A stretch of DNA of 64,000 bases from Candidatus Latescibacterota bacterium (GTDB taxonomy: Bacteria > Latescibacterota > UBA2968 > UBA8231): positions 3,872,001 through 3,936,000 of the forward strand of contig OZ242005.1 of the NCBI GenBank assembly GCA_965204725.1, read 5' to 3'. Both the position numbers and the translations under genes were made by a program. Below, piece after piece: positions 41,027 through 49,646 of this stretch (position 1 is the stretch's first letter; every line of letters starts with the position of its first letter). The notes beneath the pieces are model-generated. The model was not told the DNA's origin and did no database searches. It saw nothing but the letters and a program-made list of their open reading frames with translations.

Positions 41027-41950
41027 TTAACGGGTTCCGGCTGAAATCAGCGATTTGACCTGTCCCCACGACTGGGTCTCGACGCTGGTGGCAGCCGCAG
41101 CAGGGGTGGTTGGTTGCCAAGCGGGATAGCTTCCGCCCAAGCCGTTGGTCAGATTGACCAAGTTGCTCCCGTCTATATCAACGGCCCAAATCTCCCCAGT
41201 ACTGGGGCGAAAGGTGTAAGAAGTGTCAGTGCTGTTGAGAACGGTATATGAAGTAAAGGCGACCCTCGTGCTGTTGGGTGCCCAAGTAAGGGGAAAACTA
41301 GTAAGGACCCAAGCGGCGAGGTCCGAAGGAGAGCGATCGACGTTAGGTTGGCCGGACAGGGGAACGACCGTGTACTCTTCGCCGGTCACAAGGAGGAGAG
41401 CTCGGCCTGCTTCGTCACTAAGGCGTACGGCGACAGCGGCTCGTTTGGTTTGGTCTGGGGAAAGATATTGGTGGTCTCGGCGGCGGCGGATCATAAAAGC
41501 CGCCTCCCGCCATTCCACAAGTGAGGAGCCACTTCCGTCCGGTGCCACGGCGAACATCTCGAAGCGGTCCGACACGTAGTAGTAAATGTTACTTCCGTCA
41601 TCAGCCCAAAAGAGCTGATAAGCGCTGTTGGGGCCTATGAATTTAATATCGTCTGTTAGCTGCTGTGGGTTGCCGCCATCGGCGTCTATCACCCAGAGGT
41701 CCCGACCGAAATGATCGGCACCAGTGTCGATATAGGCGATCTTCGTGCCGTCTGGGGACCAAACCGGGCGAGCGCAATTCTGTCCTTGGGTCAGGTTTAC
41801 AGGGTCGCTCCCGTCCGCATTCATAATCCACACATCCTCGTGCCCCTCGCGGGCGGAGAGAAACGCTATTTTCCCGTCGGCTTGTCCCCAGCCAGCGACG
41901 GCCAACCCCAGCGTTGCCAAACAGACGCCCAATATGGATCGACAACTCAT
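41027..41950 (-). CDS. Secreted TolB/PD40-repeat protein with SWGQVK tail (paralogue A)
   Basis: Signal peptide, KIAF.S.R, WSPDG.KIAY, TSVETQSWGQVKSL. Confidence 0.85.
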   Translation of the reverse strand: MSCRSILGVCLATLGLAVAGWGQADGKIAFLSAREGHEDVWIMNADGSDPVNLTQGQNCARPVWSPDGTKIAYIDTGADHFGRDLWVIDADGGNPQQLTDDIKFIGPNSAYQLFWADDGSNIYYYVSDRFEMFAVAPDGSGSSLVEWREAAFMIRRRRDHQYLSPDQTKRAAVAVRLSDEAGRALLLVTGEEYTVVPLSGQPNVDRSPSDLAAWVLTSFPLTWAPNSTRVAFTSYTVLNSTDTSYTFRPSTGEIWAVDIDGSNLVNLTNGLGGSYPAWQPTTPAAAATSVETQSWGQVKSLISAGTR

Positions 41951-42027
41951 AGCGCGGCTCCTTTCAGATGGAGGGATTGAATGAGATGGTTAAGTATATA
42001 GAGTCCTAAATGACTTACAAGCATGTA

Positions 42028-42123
42028 GAGATGCTTCGACTGCGCTGCGCTACGCTCAGCATGACCCAGAGACGGGGGCTTCGTGCCCCAGCCCGTGTCA
42101 TACTGAGCGTAGCGAAGTATCTC
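42028..42123. repeat. REP-like palindromic intergenic element
   Basis: GAGATGCTTCG...CGCTACGCTCAGCATGAC pairs with GTCATACTGAGCGTAGCGAAGTATCTC; central GGGGC-TTCGT-GCCCC hairpin. Confidence 0.8.
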
Positions 42124-42182
42124 ATACCCAAAACGCCATGCAGAACATCCCTTATGAATGTGAAGGATGTAGGACTGCTATA

Positions 42183-43115
42183 TCATGGGGCTAGCAGCGA
42201 TTTGACCTGTCCCCACGACTGGGCTTCGACGCTCGTAGCAGCCGCGGAAGGGACGACGGGTTGCCAAACGGGATTGCGTCCGCCCAAGCCGTTGGTCAAT
42301 TCGACTAAGTTGCCCCCGTCTATATCAACGGCCCAAATGAGCCTAGTGAGAGAACTGAAAGCCATTCTCATGCTGTTAGGCGACCAAGTAGGGGTAGTCA
42401 TCCAGTTGTTATCGCTCACACATCCATGGGGTAGGCGGTCAGCGGGAGAGTCCCCACAAGTGGCCGGCTGAGGGATGCCAAGAAGGGGGATAACCGAAGG
42501 CTCGACTCCACTGATAGGCCGGAGGAAAATCGAGTGCTCATCTTCCCTAGCATCGCTGATATAAAGGCGGACGATGCTATCTTCGTGCCCTTTTTCCCGC
42601 AACGAGATGATCGCTTCTTTGGTCCCGTCCGGGGAACGACTAGAGTGGTAGTGTGCCGATCGCGAGCCCACGGGCGACGAACCGCTTCCGTCCAGTGCCA
42701 TGACAAACGAATCAATACTGTACCCATCATCCGTAGGCGCACCTAGGACGTCGTAGTAAATGCTACTCCCGTCTTCAGACCATGAAAGACGTATTCTATC
42801 GACCGAATCGTCCGTTAGCGGCTGTGGATTGCCGCCATCGGCGTCCATCAACCAGATCTCCCCACCGTACTGACCATCGGCAAAAACGTCGCCGATATAG
42901 GCGATCTTCGCGCCATCCGGGGACCAAGCCGGGCTGGCGCAATTCTGTCCTTGGGTCAGGTTTACAGGGTCGCTCCCGTCCGCATTCATAATCCACACGT
43001 CTTGGTGCCCCTCGCGGTTGGAGAGAAACGCTATTTTCCCGTCGGCTTGTCCCCAGCCAGCAGCGGTCAACCCCAGCGTTGCCAAGCAGACGCTCAATAA
43101 GAATCGATAGCTCAT
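42183..43115 (-). CDS. Secreted TolB/PD40-repeat protein with SWGQVK tail (paralogue B)
   Basis: N- and C-termini nearly identical to 41027-41950; shared GAAAGGAGCCGCG RBS region. Confidence 0.85.
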   Translation of the reverse strand: MSYRFLLSVCLATLGLTAAGWGQADGKIAFLSNREGHQDVWIMNADGSDPVNLTQGQNCASPAWSPDGAKIAYIGDVFADGQYGGEIWLMDADGGNPQPLTDDSVDRIRLSWSEDGSSIYYDVLGAPTDDGYSIDSFVMALDGSGSSPVGSRSAHYHSSRSPDGTKEAIISLREKGHEDSIVRLYISDAREDEHSIFLRPISGVEPSVIPLLGIPQPATCGDSPADRLPHGCVSDNNWMTTPTWSPNSMRMAFSSLTRLIWAVDIDGGNLVELTNGLGGRNPVWQPVVPSAAATSVEAQSWGQVKSLLAP

Positions 43116-43216
43116 AACGCGGCTCCTTTCACAATGTCCTAATAGGACAGGGCGTTGTAGGGTACAAAGTTAGACCCACAGTAGAGCATATCGGTTCCGT
43201 CCGTTTCGGCGGCGCA

Positions 43217-44029
43217 CTAGACGAAATTGACGAAGTCGTGGCGCACCCACAGCAAGTTGATCAGCCCCAGCACAAACCCCGCAATCACCAGCCACTTGAG
43301 ACGGCGGCCGTGCCGACGACCAATGCCGCGCAAGTAGAGATAGATGCCAAAGACGAACCACGTCGGCAGAGCCAGCCAGATTTTGGCATCCCCGCCCGCG
43401 AGGTATTCTCCCGGTGCGCCAAAGAGCCAAATCGCGCCCATGCCCAAGCCCAAGGTAAAGAGCGAAAAACCCCCACCGGCAAAGCGAAAGGTCGCCGCGG
43501 CCGCCGTGTCAAGCGCGGGCAGATAGCTGTTGAGCCGGCCCTTTTTCAGGGCTTGGTGTTGGACGAGGTAGCCGACCGCCGAGCAAAACGCCAGCGCGAA
43601 GCCCACGTGCCCCAGCAGGGTTAGCACCACGTGAATGCCGAGGAAGGGATACTCCACGAGGATCGACTCGGCCTGCTCAAAGCGAATGGGCATTAGCAGC
43701 GGATAGAGCAGGCCGAGAAAGGCGAGGGGCGCGGTCAGCAGCCCGAGATGGCGCAGGCGCGCATAGCGCTCGCCGAGCAGGCCCGCGACCACCAAGGCCA
43801 TGACCAGCGAGGCGATGATGACCAACATGTTGGCGAAAAGGGCTTGGCCGGAGAGCGCGAAGTGCAACGCGATGCTGACGGCGTGTACGGCCAGTCCCAA
43901 CTTCAGGCTCTGGCGTCCGAGCGCGTCCCAGTCGCTTTTGTGCCAGAGGAAGTGCCCTTGAAACAGCAGCGCGGCCGCCAAGTAGAACCCCAAGGCGACG
44001 ACGAGGGAGATAATGCAAAACGTCGTCAC
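43217..44029 (-). CDS. ccsA: Cytochrome c assembly protein (CcsA/HemX family)
   Basis: About 8 TMs, conserved His residues, LPALD, G..W....D.K.....W; co-transcribed after hemA. Confidence 0.8.
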   Translation of the reverse strand: MTTFCIISLVVALGFYLAAALLFQGHFLWHKSDWDALGRQSLKLGLAVHAVSIALHFALSGQALFANMLVIIASLVMALVVAGLLGERYARLRHLGLLTAPLAFLGLLYPLLMPIRFEQAESILVEYPFLGIHVVLTLLGHVGFALAFCSAVGYLVQHQALKKGRLNSYLPALDTAAAATFRFAGGGFSLFTLGLGMGAIWLFGAPGEYLAGGDAKIWLALPTWFVFGIYLYLRGIGRRHGRRLKWLVIAGFVLGLINLLWVRHDFVNFV

Positions 44030-45309
44030 CCCTTTTCCTCCTCGGACTCGGCGTCGAGCCGAAAGAGGCGGCGCACCGTATCGAGGCGGACATACCCCTC
44101 GTCGTCGTTGGCGAATTCGCGGATTTGCACGAGCGGATCGTGCAGGAGCTTGTTGGCGTACCCGCGCAAGATGCGCTCAACGAGCTGGCGGTCCGCCGCG
44201 GAGAGCGGGCCGAGCTGGGCGGTCCAACGCGCGAGTTCCTGCTCTTGGAGCCGAGCGGCCCGCTGGTGCAAGGCGCGGATTAGCGGCCCAGTGCCCAAGG
44301 CATTGAACCAATGCAAAAACCCCTTTAGCTCGTGGTCGATAATGGCTTGCACACAGCGGATCGCTCCCTCGCGCTCTTGGCGATTGGCCGCAACGACTTG
44401 CTCTAGATCGTCCACGTCAAACAGGAAGACGTTGTCGATGGCGCGGCCGGCCGGGTCGATGTCGCGCGGCACGGCAATGTCGATGAGGAACAGCGGGCGT
44501 CCGCGCCGTTGCGCCATGGCCCGGCGCAAGTCAGCGGGCCGGATGACGTAGCCCGTAGCCGCGGTCGCCGAGATGACGATATCGACAGCCGAGAGCCGCT
44601 CGGCTAGCTCCGCAAAGGGCACGGCCTCGCCGCCCAAGCGGCTGGCCAGCGACTCGGAGCGGGCAAAGGTGCGGCTGCTTACCAACAGCCGCTCGACGCC
44701 GGCGTCGATTAAGTACTGAGCCGTGAGCGCGCCCATCTCGCCCGCGCCGACCAAGAGGGCGCAACAGCCCGTCAGGTTTTCAAAGACTTGGCCCGCCAGC
44801 TCGACCGCGGCCGTGCCAATCGACAGCCGGCCGCGGCCAATCTCGGTTTCGGCGCGGGCGCGCTTGCCCACGCGCAACGAGCGCTGGAAAAGCTCGTTGA
44901 GCAACAGGCGTGCCGAGCCGTTTTGCTGGGCAGTCTCCAGCGCCCGACGCACCTGTCCGAGAATCTGCGACTCGCCGACGACGAGGGAGTCAATGCCGCT
45001 GGCGACGCGAAAAAGGTGAATGGCCGCGTCTGAGTCGTTGAGCTGGTAGAAATGCGATTCGAGCGCCTCGACATCTACGCCTTGACATTCGGCGAGAAAG
45101 CGGCGCACCTGCGCCAGCCCGCTATCGCCATCGGCCGCCAAGTATAGCTCGGAGCGGTTGCAGGTGGAGAGAATGGCCGCCTCGTGCAGCCCGTAGTCCC
45201 CGACGAGCCGGGCTAGGGCCGAGGGCTGGTCGCTTTCGGGGAAGGCCAGCCGCTCGCGGATTTCCACGGGCGCGGTGCGGTGATTAATTCCTAAAGTCAG
45301 TATATGCAC
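44026..45309 (-). CDS. hemA: Glutamyl-tRNA reductase
   Basis: GINHRTAPV..RE, STCNR.E, HLFRVASG.DS...GE.QILGQ, GAGEMG, DIAVPRD. Confidence 0.97.
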   Translation of the reverse strand: MHILTLGINHRTAPVEIRERLAFPESDQPSALARLVGDYGLHEAAILSTCNRSELYLAADGDSGLAQVRRFLAECQGVDVEALESHFYQLNDSDAAIHLFRVASGIDSLVVGESQILGQVRRALETAQQNGSARLLLNELFQRSLRVGKRARAETEIGRGRLSIGTAAVELAGQVFENLTGCCALLVGAGEMGALTAQYLIDAGVERLLVSSRTFARSESLASRLGGEAVPFAELAERLSAVDIVISATAATGYVIRPADLRRAMAQRRGRPLFLIDIAVPRDIDPAGRAIDNVFLFDVDDLEQVVAANRQEREGAIRCVQAIIDHELKGFLHWFNALGTGPLIRALHQRAARLQEQELARWTAQLGPLSAADRQLVERILRGYANKLLHDPLVQIREFANDDEGYVRLDTVRRLFRLDAESEEEKG

Positions 45310-45378
45310 AACCTCAAAAGTACTTATTTACTATGCTATGGGGAAACTGCGAACCGAACACCCGAAAGGAAGGCGACC

Positions 45379-46242
45379 ATGGTCAAACACCTGCTGGTCG
45401 GTTGGGTGCTCCTAGGCGCGGCGGCCGATGCGGGGGCTGGCGCGTGGACTTTGCCGCAAGGCCAGTTCTGGGGCAAGCTCACGTATTTTCAGCAGCGCAC
45501 GCAGGAGTGGTACGTCGGCAAGGGCCGCTTTGGCGCGCCCGGCACCCGCGCCCGCTACGACCTAGACGGACAATACGAATCGCAAGCCATCTTTTTCGAG
45601 GGCCTCTACGGCGTCACCGACCGCCTAGACCTCGGCTTACAGGTTCCTTATTTCGACCAATCCTTTGCCAACGCCGCGTTTGCCGAACCCCGCGTGGCTA
45701 CCGGCCTAAGCGACATCCGCGCCTTGGCCAAGTTGCGCCTCTTGGCCCAGCCCCTAGTCCTCGCGCTCAAGGCCGGCGTCAAGATGCCGACCGGAGCATT
45801 CAAAAACGAAGACGGGCTGATCCCGGTGGGCGAAGGCCAATGGGATTTCGACTTGGTCGGGCAGGTGGGGCGCTCCTTTTGGCCGTGGCCCTTGTACGGC
45901 AACATGGACCTCGGCTATCGCGTCCGCACCCGCAACGAGCAAATCGCCCGCGACCCCGGCGACGAGTGGTTCCTCAACGCCGAGCTGGGCTACCAACTCG
46001 CACGTCCGCTCATGCTGCTGGGCAAATGCGAGGTGGTCCGTAGCGCACCCGCGGTCGTCTTCGGCGGTATTGAAGCCGAGATCAAGCGCATCACTTACCT
46101 GACACCGGCCCTGCTCTACACCATCGGCCGGCGCACGGTGATCGAGGCGGCGGTGCGCTTCTCGCTCAATGGGCGCAATTTTCCGGCCGGTCGGCAGCTC
46201 GTCTTGGGGTTGGCAACGACGTTGGGAAAAGGCGGGGGCTAG
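45379..46242 (+). CDS. Putative outer-membrane beta-barrel (MetA-pathway/transporter-like)
   Basis: Signal peptide ending AGAWT, YGVTDRL, GLSD, K.PTG, G.GQWD, alternating beta strands. Confidence 0.6.
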   Translation: MVKHLLVGWVLLGAAADAGAGAWTLPQGQFWGKLTYFQQRTQEWYVGKGRFGAPGTRARYDLDGQYESQAIFFEGLYGVTDRLDLGLQVPYFDQSFANAAFAEPRVATGLSDIRALAKLRLLAQPLVLALKAGVKMPTGAFKNEDGLIPVGEGQWDFDLVGQVGRSFWPWPLYGNMDLGYRVRTRNEQIARDPGDEWFLNAELGYQLARPLMLLGKCEVVRSAPAVVFGGIEAEIKRITYLTPALLYTIGRRTVIEAAVRFSLNGRNFPAGRQLVLGLATTLGKGGG

Positions 46243-47909
46243 CGGCGCAGCTTGGCCAAGCGCTCTTGGATGGCCGCAGCCATGGCCGGCCGCTGGCGCA
46301 CGACCGCGTCGAAGTGGGGTTTGGCCTCGGCCGAGCGGCCCAGCATCTCCAACACCAATCCCAAGTTGAAATGCGCCTCGGCAAAATCGGGGTTGCTCTG
46401 CAAGGCCCGTTCAAAGTGGGCGATGGCGCGATCCCATTGGCGGCCTCGGGCCAAGGCGATGCCAAAGTTCACGTGAGCCTCCGGGTACTCCGGGTTGTAT
46501 TCGAGCGCCCGCTCAAAATGCTCTAGGGCCAACGGACGCTGGCCGGAGCGCGTGTAGAACATGGCCAAGGTGTGGTGGGTATCCCAGTCTTGGGGCGCGG
46601 CTTCGAGCAGTTTCTTGTAGCCGTCGATTTCCTGCCCCAGCCACTTGCGGTAGAAGTCGCGGCGGAGCCGATCTAAGTCCTCGGGGCGGCGCGGCAAAAT
46701 TTGCAGCGTTAGGTCGCCCATCTCGTCGGTCGAGTGCAGCCCATAGCGCACCCGCACGGGCGGGTCATGGGGTTGGCGGGGGTTTTGCGCGGAGTTGTCG
46801 TACGCGTATTCCATGACCAGCGTCGAGCCCGCCGGCAAGAACACCGGCGGCGAGAAGCGGTAGTCGTCCTGCCAGCTAAAGTCCCAGTCCTCAATCCATA
46901 TAAGCCACTCCCGCTCTTGGTTGGGCAACTCGGCGTACGCTTGGATTTCCCGGCCGAGATAATGGGCGTGTGGGTAGATGGTCAGGACCTCGACATCTAC
47001 GGGCAGCCGGTACGCATCGCGGATCCAATGGTCGCTCGCGCCGGCCGGTATATCTAGGTCCTTGCGGCCCAAGCGCAGCATGGCCGGGCGTCTCTTGGGC
47101 GGCCCATCGGCAAAGAACAGGCCGACCTGAGCCTCAATGGACTCTTCCTTGCCAGTGGGTAACAGGTGCAACTGGAGCAGCAAGTCCGTGCCCGGATCGA
47201 GCCGCCAAGCCAAGCTGTCGCTGCCCGGGTATGGGGTCTTGCCTTGAGTCCAACCGAGAAAGTGCCCATCGGCGTCCTCGGCCTCGCCAAAGCTCATGCC
47301 GTCAAAGCCCGGGGTGCCGTCGCGCCCGTCGCGCCGCCGCGCTGCGCCGCTGCGATCGATCATCATGGTGGCGTGGTGAACGATGCGCGCGTTGCCCGGC
47401 CTAAACTCTAGGGCCTTGACGTAGCGAGTGGAGTCAACGGGCAGTGGGATGGCAAAGTTGCGAAAGACATCTGGGCCGTCGGCCCGCAGGGTGTAGGCCG
47501 AGGTCATGGCGGCGATCAAATCGGGCTGGCCCAGTTCCCACTCGCCCTCCCACTGGGGCCGCGGCGGCCGGTCGGCGGCATGGCCCTCCGGCTGGCCGTG
47601 GTCAACCCAGCGGCGGATCGCGGCGATCTGCTCGGCACTCAACCCGCGCTCGCCGACAAAGCGACCATAGCCGCGCCTAGGCTTCCACGGCGGCATGTAG
47701 CGGCTCTCGGTGACAAAGGCGATTTGCTCGGCGCGGGCGCGTACATCCGCATAGCGGAGCAAATCAAAGGGGGCCGGGCCGGCCGGCCGGTGGCAGGGGG
47801 CGCAGTGCTGAAAGACTATGGGTGCAATGTCGCGGTTGAAGGTCGGGACTTCCTCGCCGCCACTGCATCCAAAGCAGGCCACAACCCACAACACCCAAGA
47901 GCGCGTCAT
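46239..47909 (-). CDS. Lipoprotein: c-type haem + copper type II monooxygenase-like (PHM/DBH fold) + TPR repeats
   Basis: Short hydrophobic leader ending FGC; CAPCH and MPPW; VHHA, QLH, PHAH, W.FSWQ..Y, DEM; three TPRs. Confidence 0.8.
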   Translation of the reverse strand: MTRSWVLWVVACFGCSGGEEVPTFNRDIAPIVFQHCAPCHRPAGPAPFDLLRYADVRARAEQIAFVTESRYMPPWKPRRGYGRFVGERGLSAEQIAAIRRWVDHGQPEGHAADRPPRPQWEGEWELGQPDLIAAMTSAYTLRADGPDVFRNFAIPLPVDSTRYVKALEFRPGNARIVHHATMMIDRSGAARRRDGRDGTPGFDGMSFGEAEDADGHFLGWTQGKTPYPGSDSLAWRLDPGTDLLLQLHLLPTGKEESIEAQVGLFFADGPPKRRPAMLRLGRKDLDIPAGASDHWIRDAYRLPVDVEVLTIYPHAHYLGREIQAYAELPNQEREWLIWIEDWDFSWQDDYRFSPPVFLPAGSTLVMEYAYDNSAQNPRQPHDPPVRVRYGLHSTDEMGDLTLQILPRRPEDLDRLRRDFYRKWLGQEIDGYKKLLEAAPQDWDTHHTLAMFYTRSGQRPLALEHFERALEYNPEYPEAHVNFGIALARGRQWDRAIAHFERALQSNPDFAEAHFNLGLVLEMLGRSAEAKPHFDAVVRQRPAMAAAIQERLAKLRR

Positions 47910-48454
47910 TGCAGGTCGGCGATAAAGCAGCCAATCGCCTCGGTGGCGCTCGGGTCCGGGGGGCGACCCGCGAGGGCGGCCTCTATGGCGTTTGCGAGGT
48001 CGTTCCGGGTCGGCTGGGGGCGCACTTGGTCGAAGGCGGCGTAGCGGTCGTCAATGCGGCCCCGATAGAGGATGTTGCCGCGCACCCCTAACACCACGGC
48101 TTCTGGGGTCGCGGTCGCGCCGACTCTTTTGACGAGGGCGTGCTGCACATCCCGCAGGGCTTGGCCCGGCAGTCCATATTCTCGGCCGTGGCGGCGGATG
48201 GCATCCGCGTCCTCGCGGCGGTCCGGGTATATCAAGTAGAACGCAACGCCTTGTGGCTGGAAGCGGGCGTGGAGACGCGCTATGGTCGGGGCGTAGCGGT
48301 TGGAGATGGGGCAATCGGTCTGGACGAAGAGCAAAACCGCCACGGAAGCGCGGTTGACAAAGGGATCGACCGAATGGCCGGCCAAGTCTAGGGCTTGGGG
48401 GGGATCGGCGCGGCAGCCCACCAGCAGCAGCGATGCGAGCATAGCTAAGATCAT
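47906..48454 (-). CDS. Redoxin (AhpC/TSA-like thioredoxin fold) lipoprotein
   Basis: LVGC lipobox, DCPIS, TPEA, YRGRIDD, T.AIGC; overlaps downstream monooxygenase start. Confidence 0.85.
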   Translation of the reverse strand: MILAMLASLLLVGCRADPPQALDLAGHSVDPFVNRASVAVLLFVQTDCPISNRYAPTIARLHARFQPQGVAFYLIYPDRREDADAIRRHGREYGLPGQALRDVQHALVKRVGATATPEAVVLGVRGNILYRGRIDDRYAAFDQVRPQPTRNDLANAIEAALAGRPPDPSATEAIGCFIADLQ

Positions 48455-48803
48455 AAAACAAGAAAACGGATATTGGACGCCGTCGGCAAGACGACCACTG
48501 TGCGCGTTTTTAATTACGCCGGGAACGCCTTTGGCCCTTACATTGTCTAACAGTATGGCGACCTCAAAGGCCATGGAAAGCATCCTCACCGCCGAGCAGC
48601 GCGAAAAGCTCGAAATGCTCAAGGACGAGGCGTTTTACGGCGGCCAGTACGGACTCAGGTGGTAAGCGGCAGACTCGGAGGCGGTGCGACCGCCCGCCAG
48701 CAGGAATTGGCGGCCAGTACCCGATTTGGCAGAGCCTCCTTGTTCTAAGTATCTTTTGCCATCCGCTACCAACTTTTCACAACCATACCTCCTCAGAGCT
48801 GCT

Positions 48804-49646
48804 ATGATAATCGACTCGCATACCCACGCTTGGGAATACTGGCCTTACGAGCCGCCCGTGCCCGATCACAACAGCCGCGGCCGGGCCGAGCAACTCTTGT
48901 GGGAAATGGACCGCAACGGCGTCGATAAGGCCGTGCTGGTCTGCGCCCGCATTGAGCACAATCCCCACAACAACGACTACGTCGCCGAACAAGTCCGCGC
49001 TTACCCAAATCGCTTGGTGCAATTCGCCGACGTGGACTGTTCGTGGTCGGAGGAATACCACACCTCAGGCGCGGCCGAGCGGCTCAAAGCGGCCGCGGCA
49101 AAGTACCAGCTCAAGGGCTACACTCATTACGTCAAAGGCGATACCGAGTGGTTCGCGTCCGCAGACGGGCTGTCGTTTTTCAGCGCGACCGCCGATCTGA
49201 ACCTGATCGCCAGCCTAGCCTTGGGGCCGCAGTGGCAGCCGGCGTTGCGCGAGTTGGCGCGGCACTTTCCATCGGTGACCTTTCTCTGTCACCATCTGGC
49301 CGGGGCCAATGCGCGCGAGGAAGCACCGCACCCCAACTTGCAGGAGATTTTGCGCTCGGCCGAGGTGCCCAACATCTACATCAAGCTCTCGGGCTTTCAC
49401 TACGCCTCGCACGTCTCGTGGGATTACCCCTACTCGGATACGCATCACATCGTGCGCCAGCTATACGAGCACTTTGGCCCCCAGCGGCTGTGCTGGGGCT
49501 CGGATTACCCGGTCGTGCGCTTCAACATGACCTACCAGCACGCGCTCGAAGCATTCCGCACGCACTGCACGTTCATACCAGACGAACACAAGCACCTGAT
49601 CTTGGGTCAGAACTTGGCCGGTCTGATCGACCAAGCCGGCGCTTGA
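48804..49646 (+). CDS. Amidohydrolase family 2 (TIM-barrel)
   Basis: IIDSHTH, HH.AG, KLSG, FGP.RL.WGSDYP. Confidence 0.92.
   Translation: MIIDSHTHAWEYWPYEPPVPDHNSRGRAEQLLWEMDRNGVDKAVLVCARIEHNPHNNDYVAEQVRAYPNRLVQFADVDCSWSEEYHTSGAAERLKAAAAKYQLKGYTHYVKGDTEWFASADGLSFFSATADLNLIASLALGPQWQPALRELARHFPSVTFLCHHLAGANAREEAPHPNLQEILRSAEVPNIYIKLSGFHYASHVSWDYPYSDTHHIVRQLYEHFGPQRLCWGSDYPVVRFNMTYQHALEAFRTHCTFIPDEHKHLILGQNLAGLIDQAGA

Noticed and set aside
41027-43115. Diversity-generating retroelement target/template pair
   Set aside because: No reverse transcriptase in the window; differences include indels and are not confined to adenines
49043-49642. 662-aa ORF or amidohydrolase-monooxygenase fusion
   Set aside because: Alternative-frame read-through over the amidohydrolase; a lipoprotein leader begins at 49643
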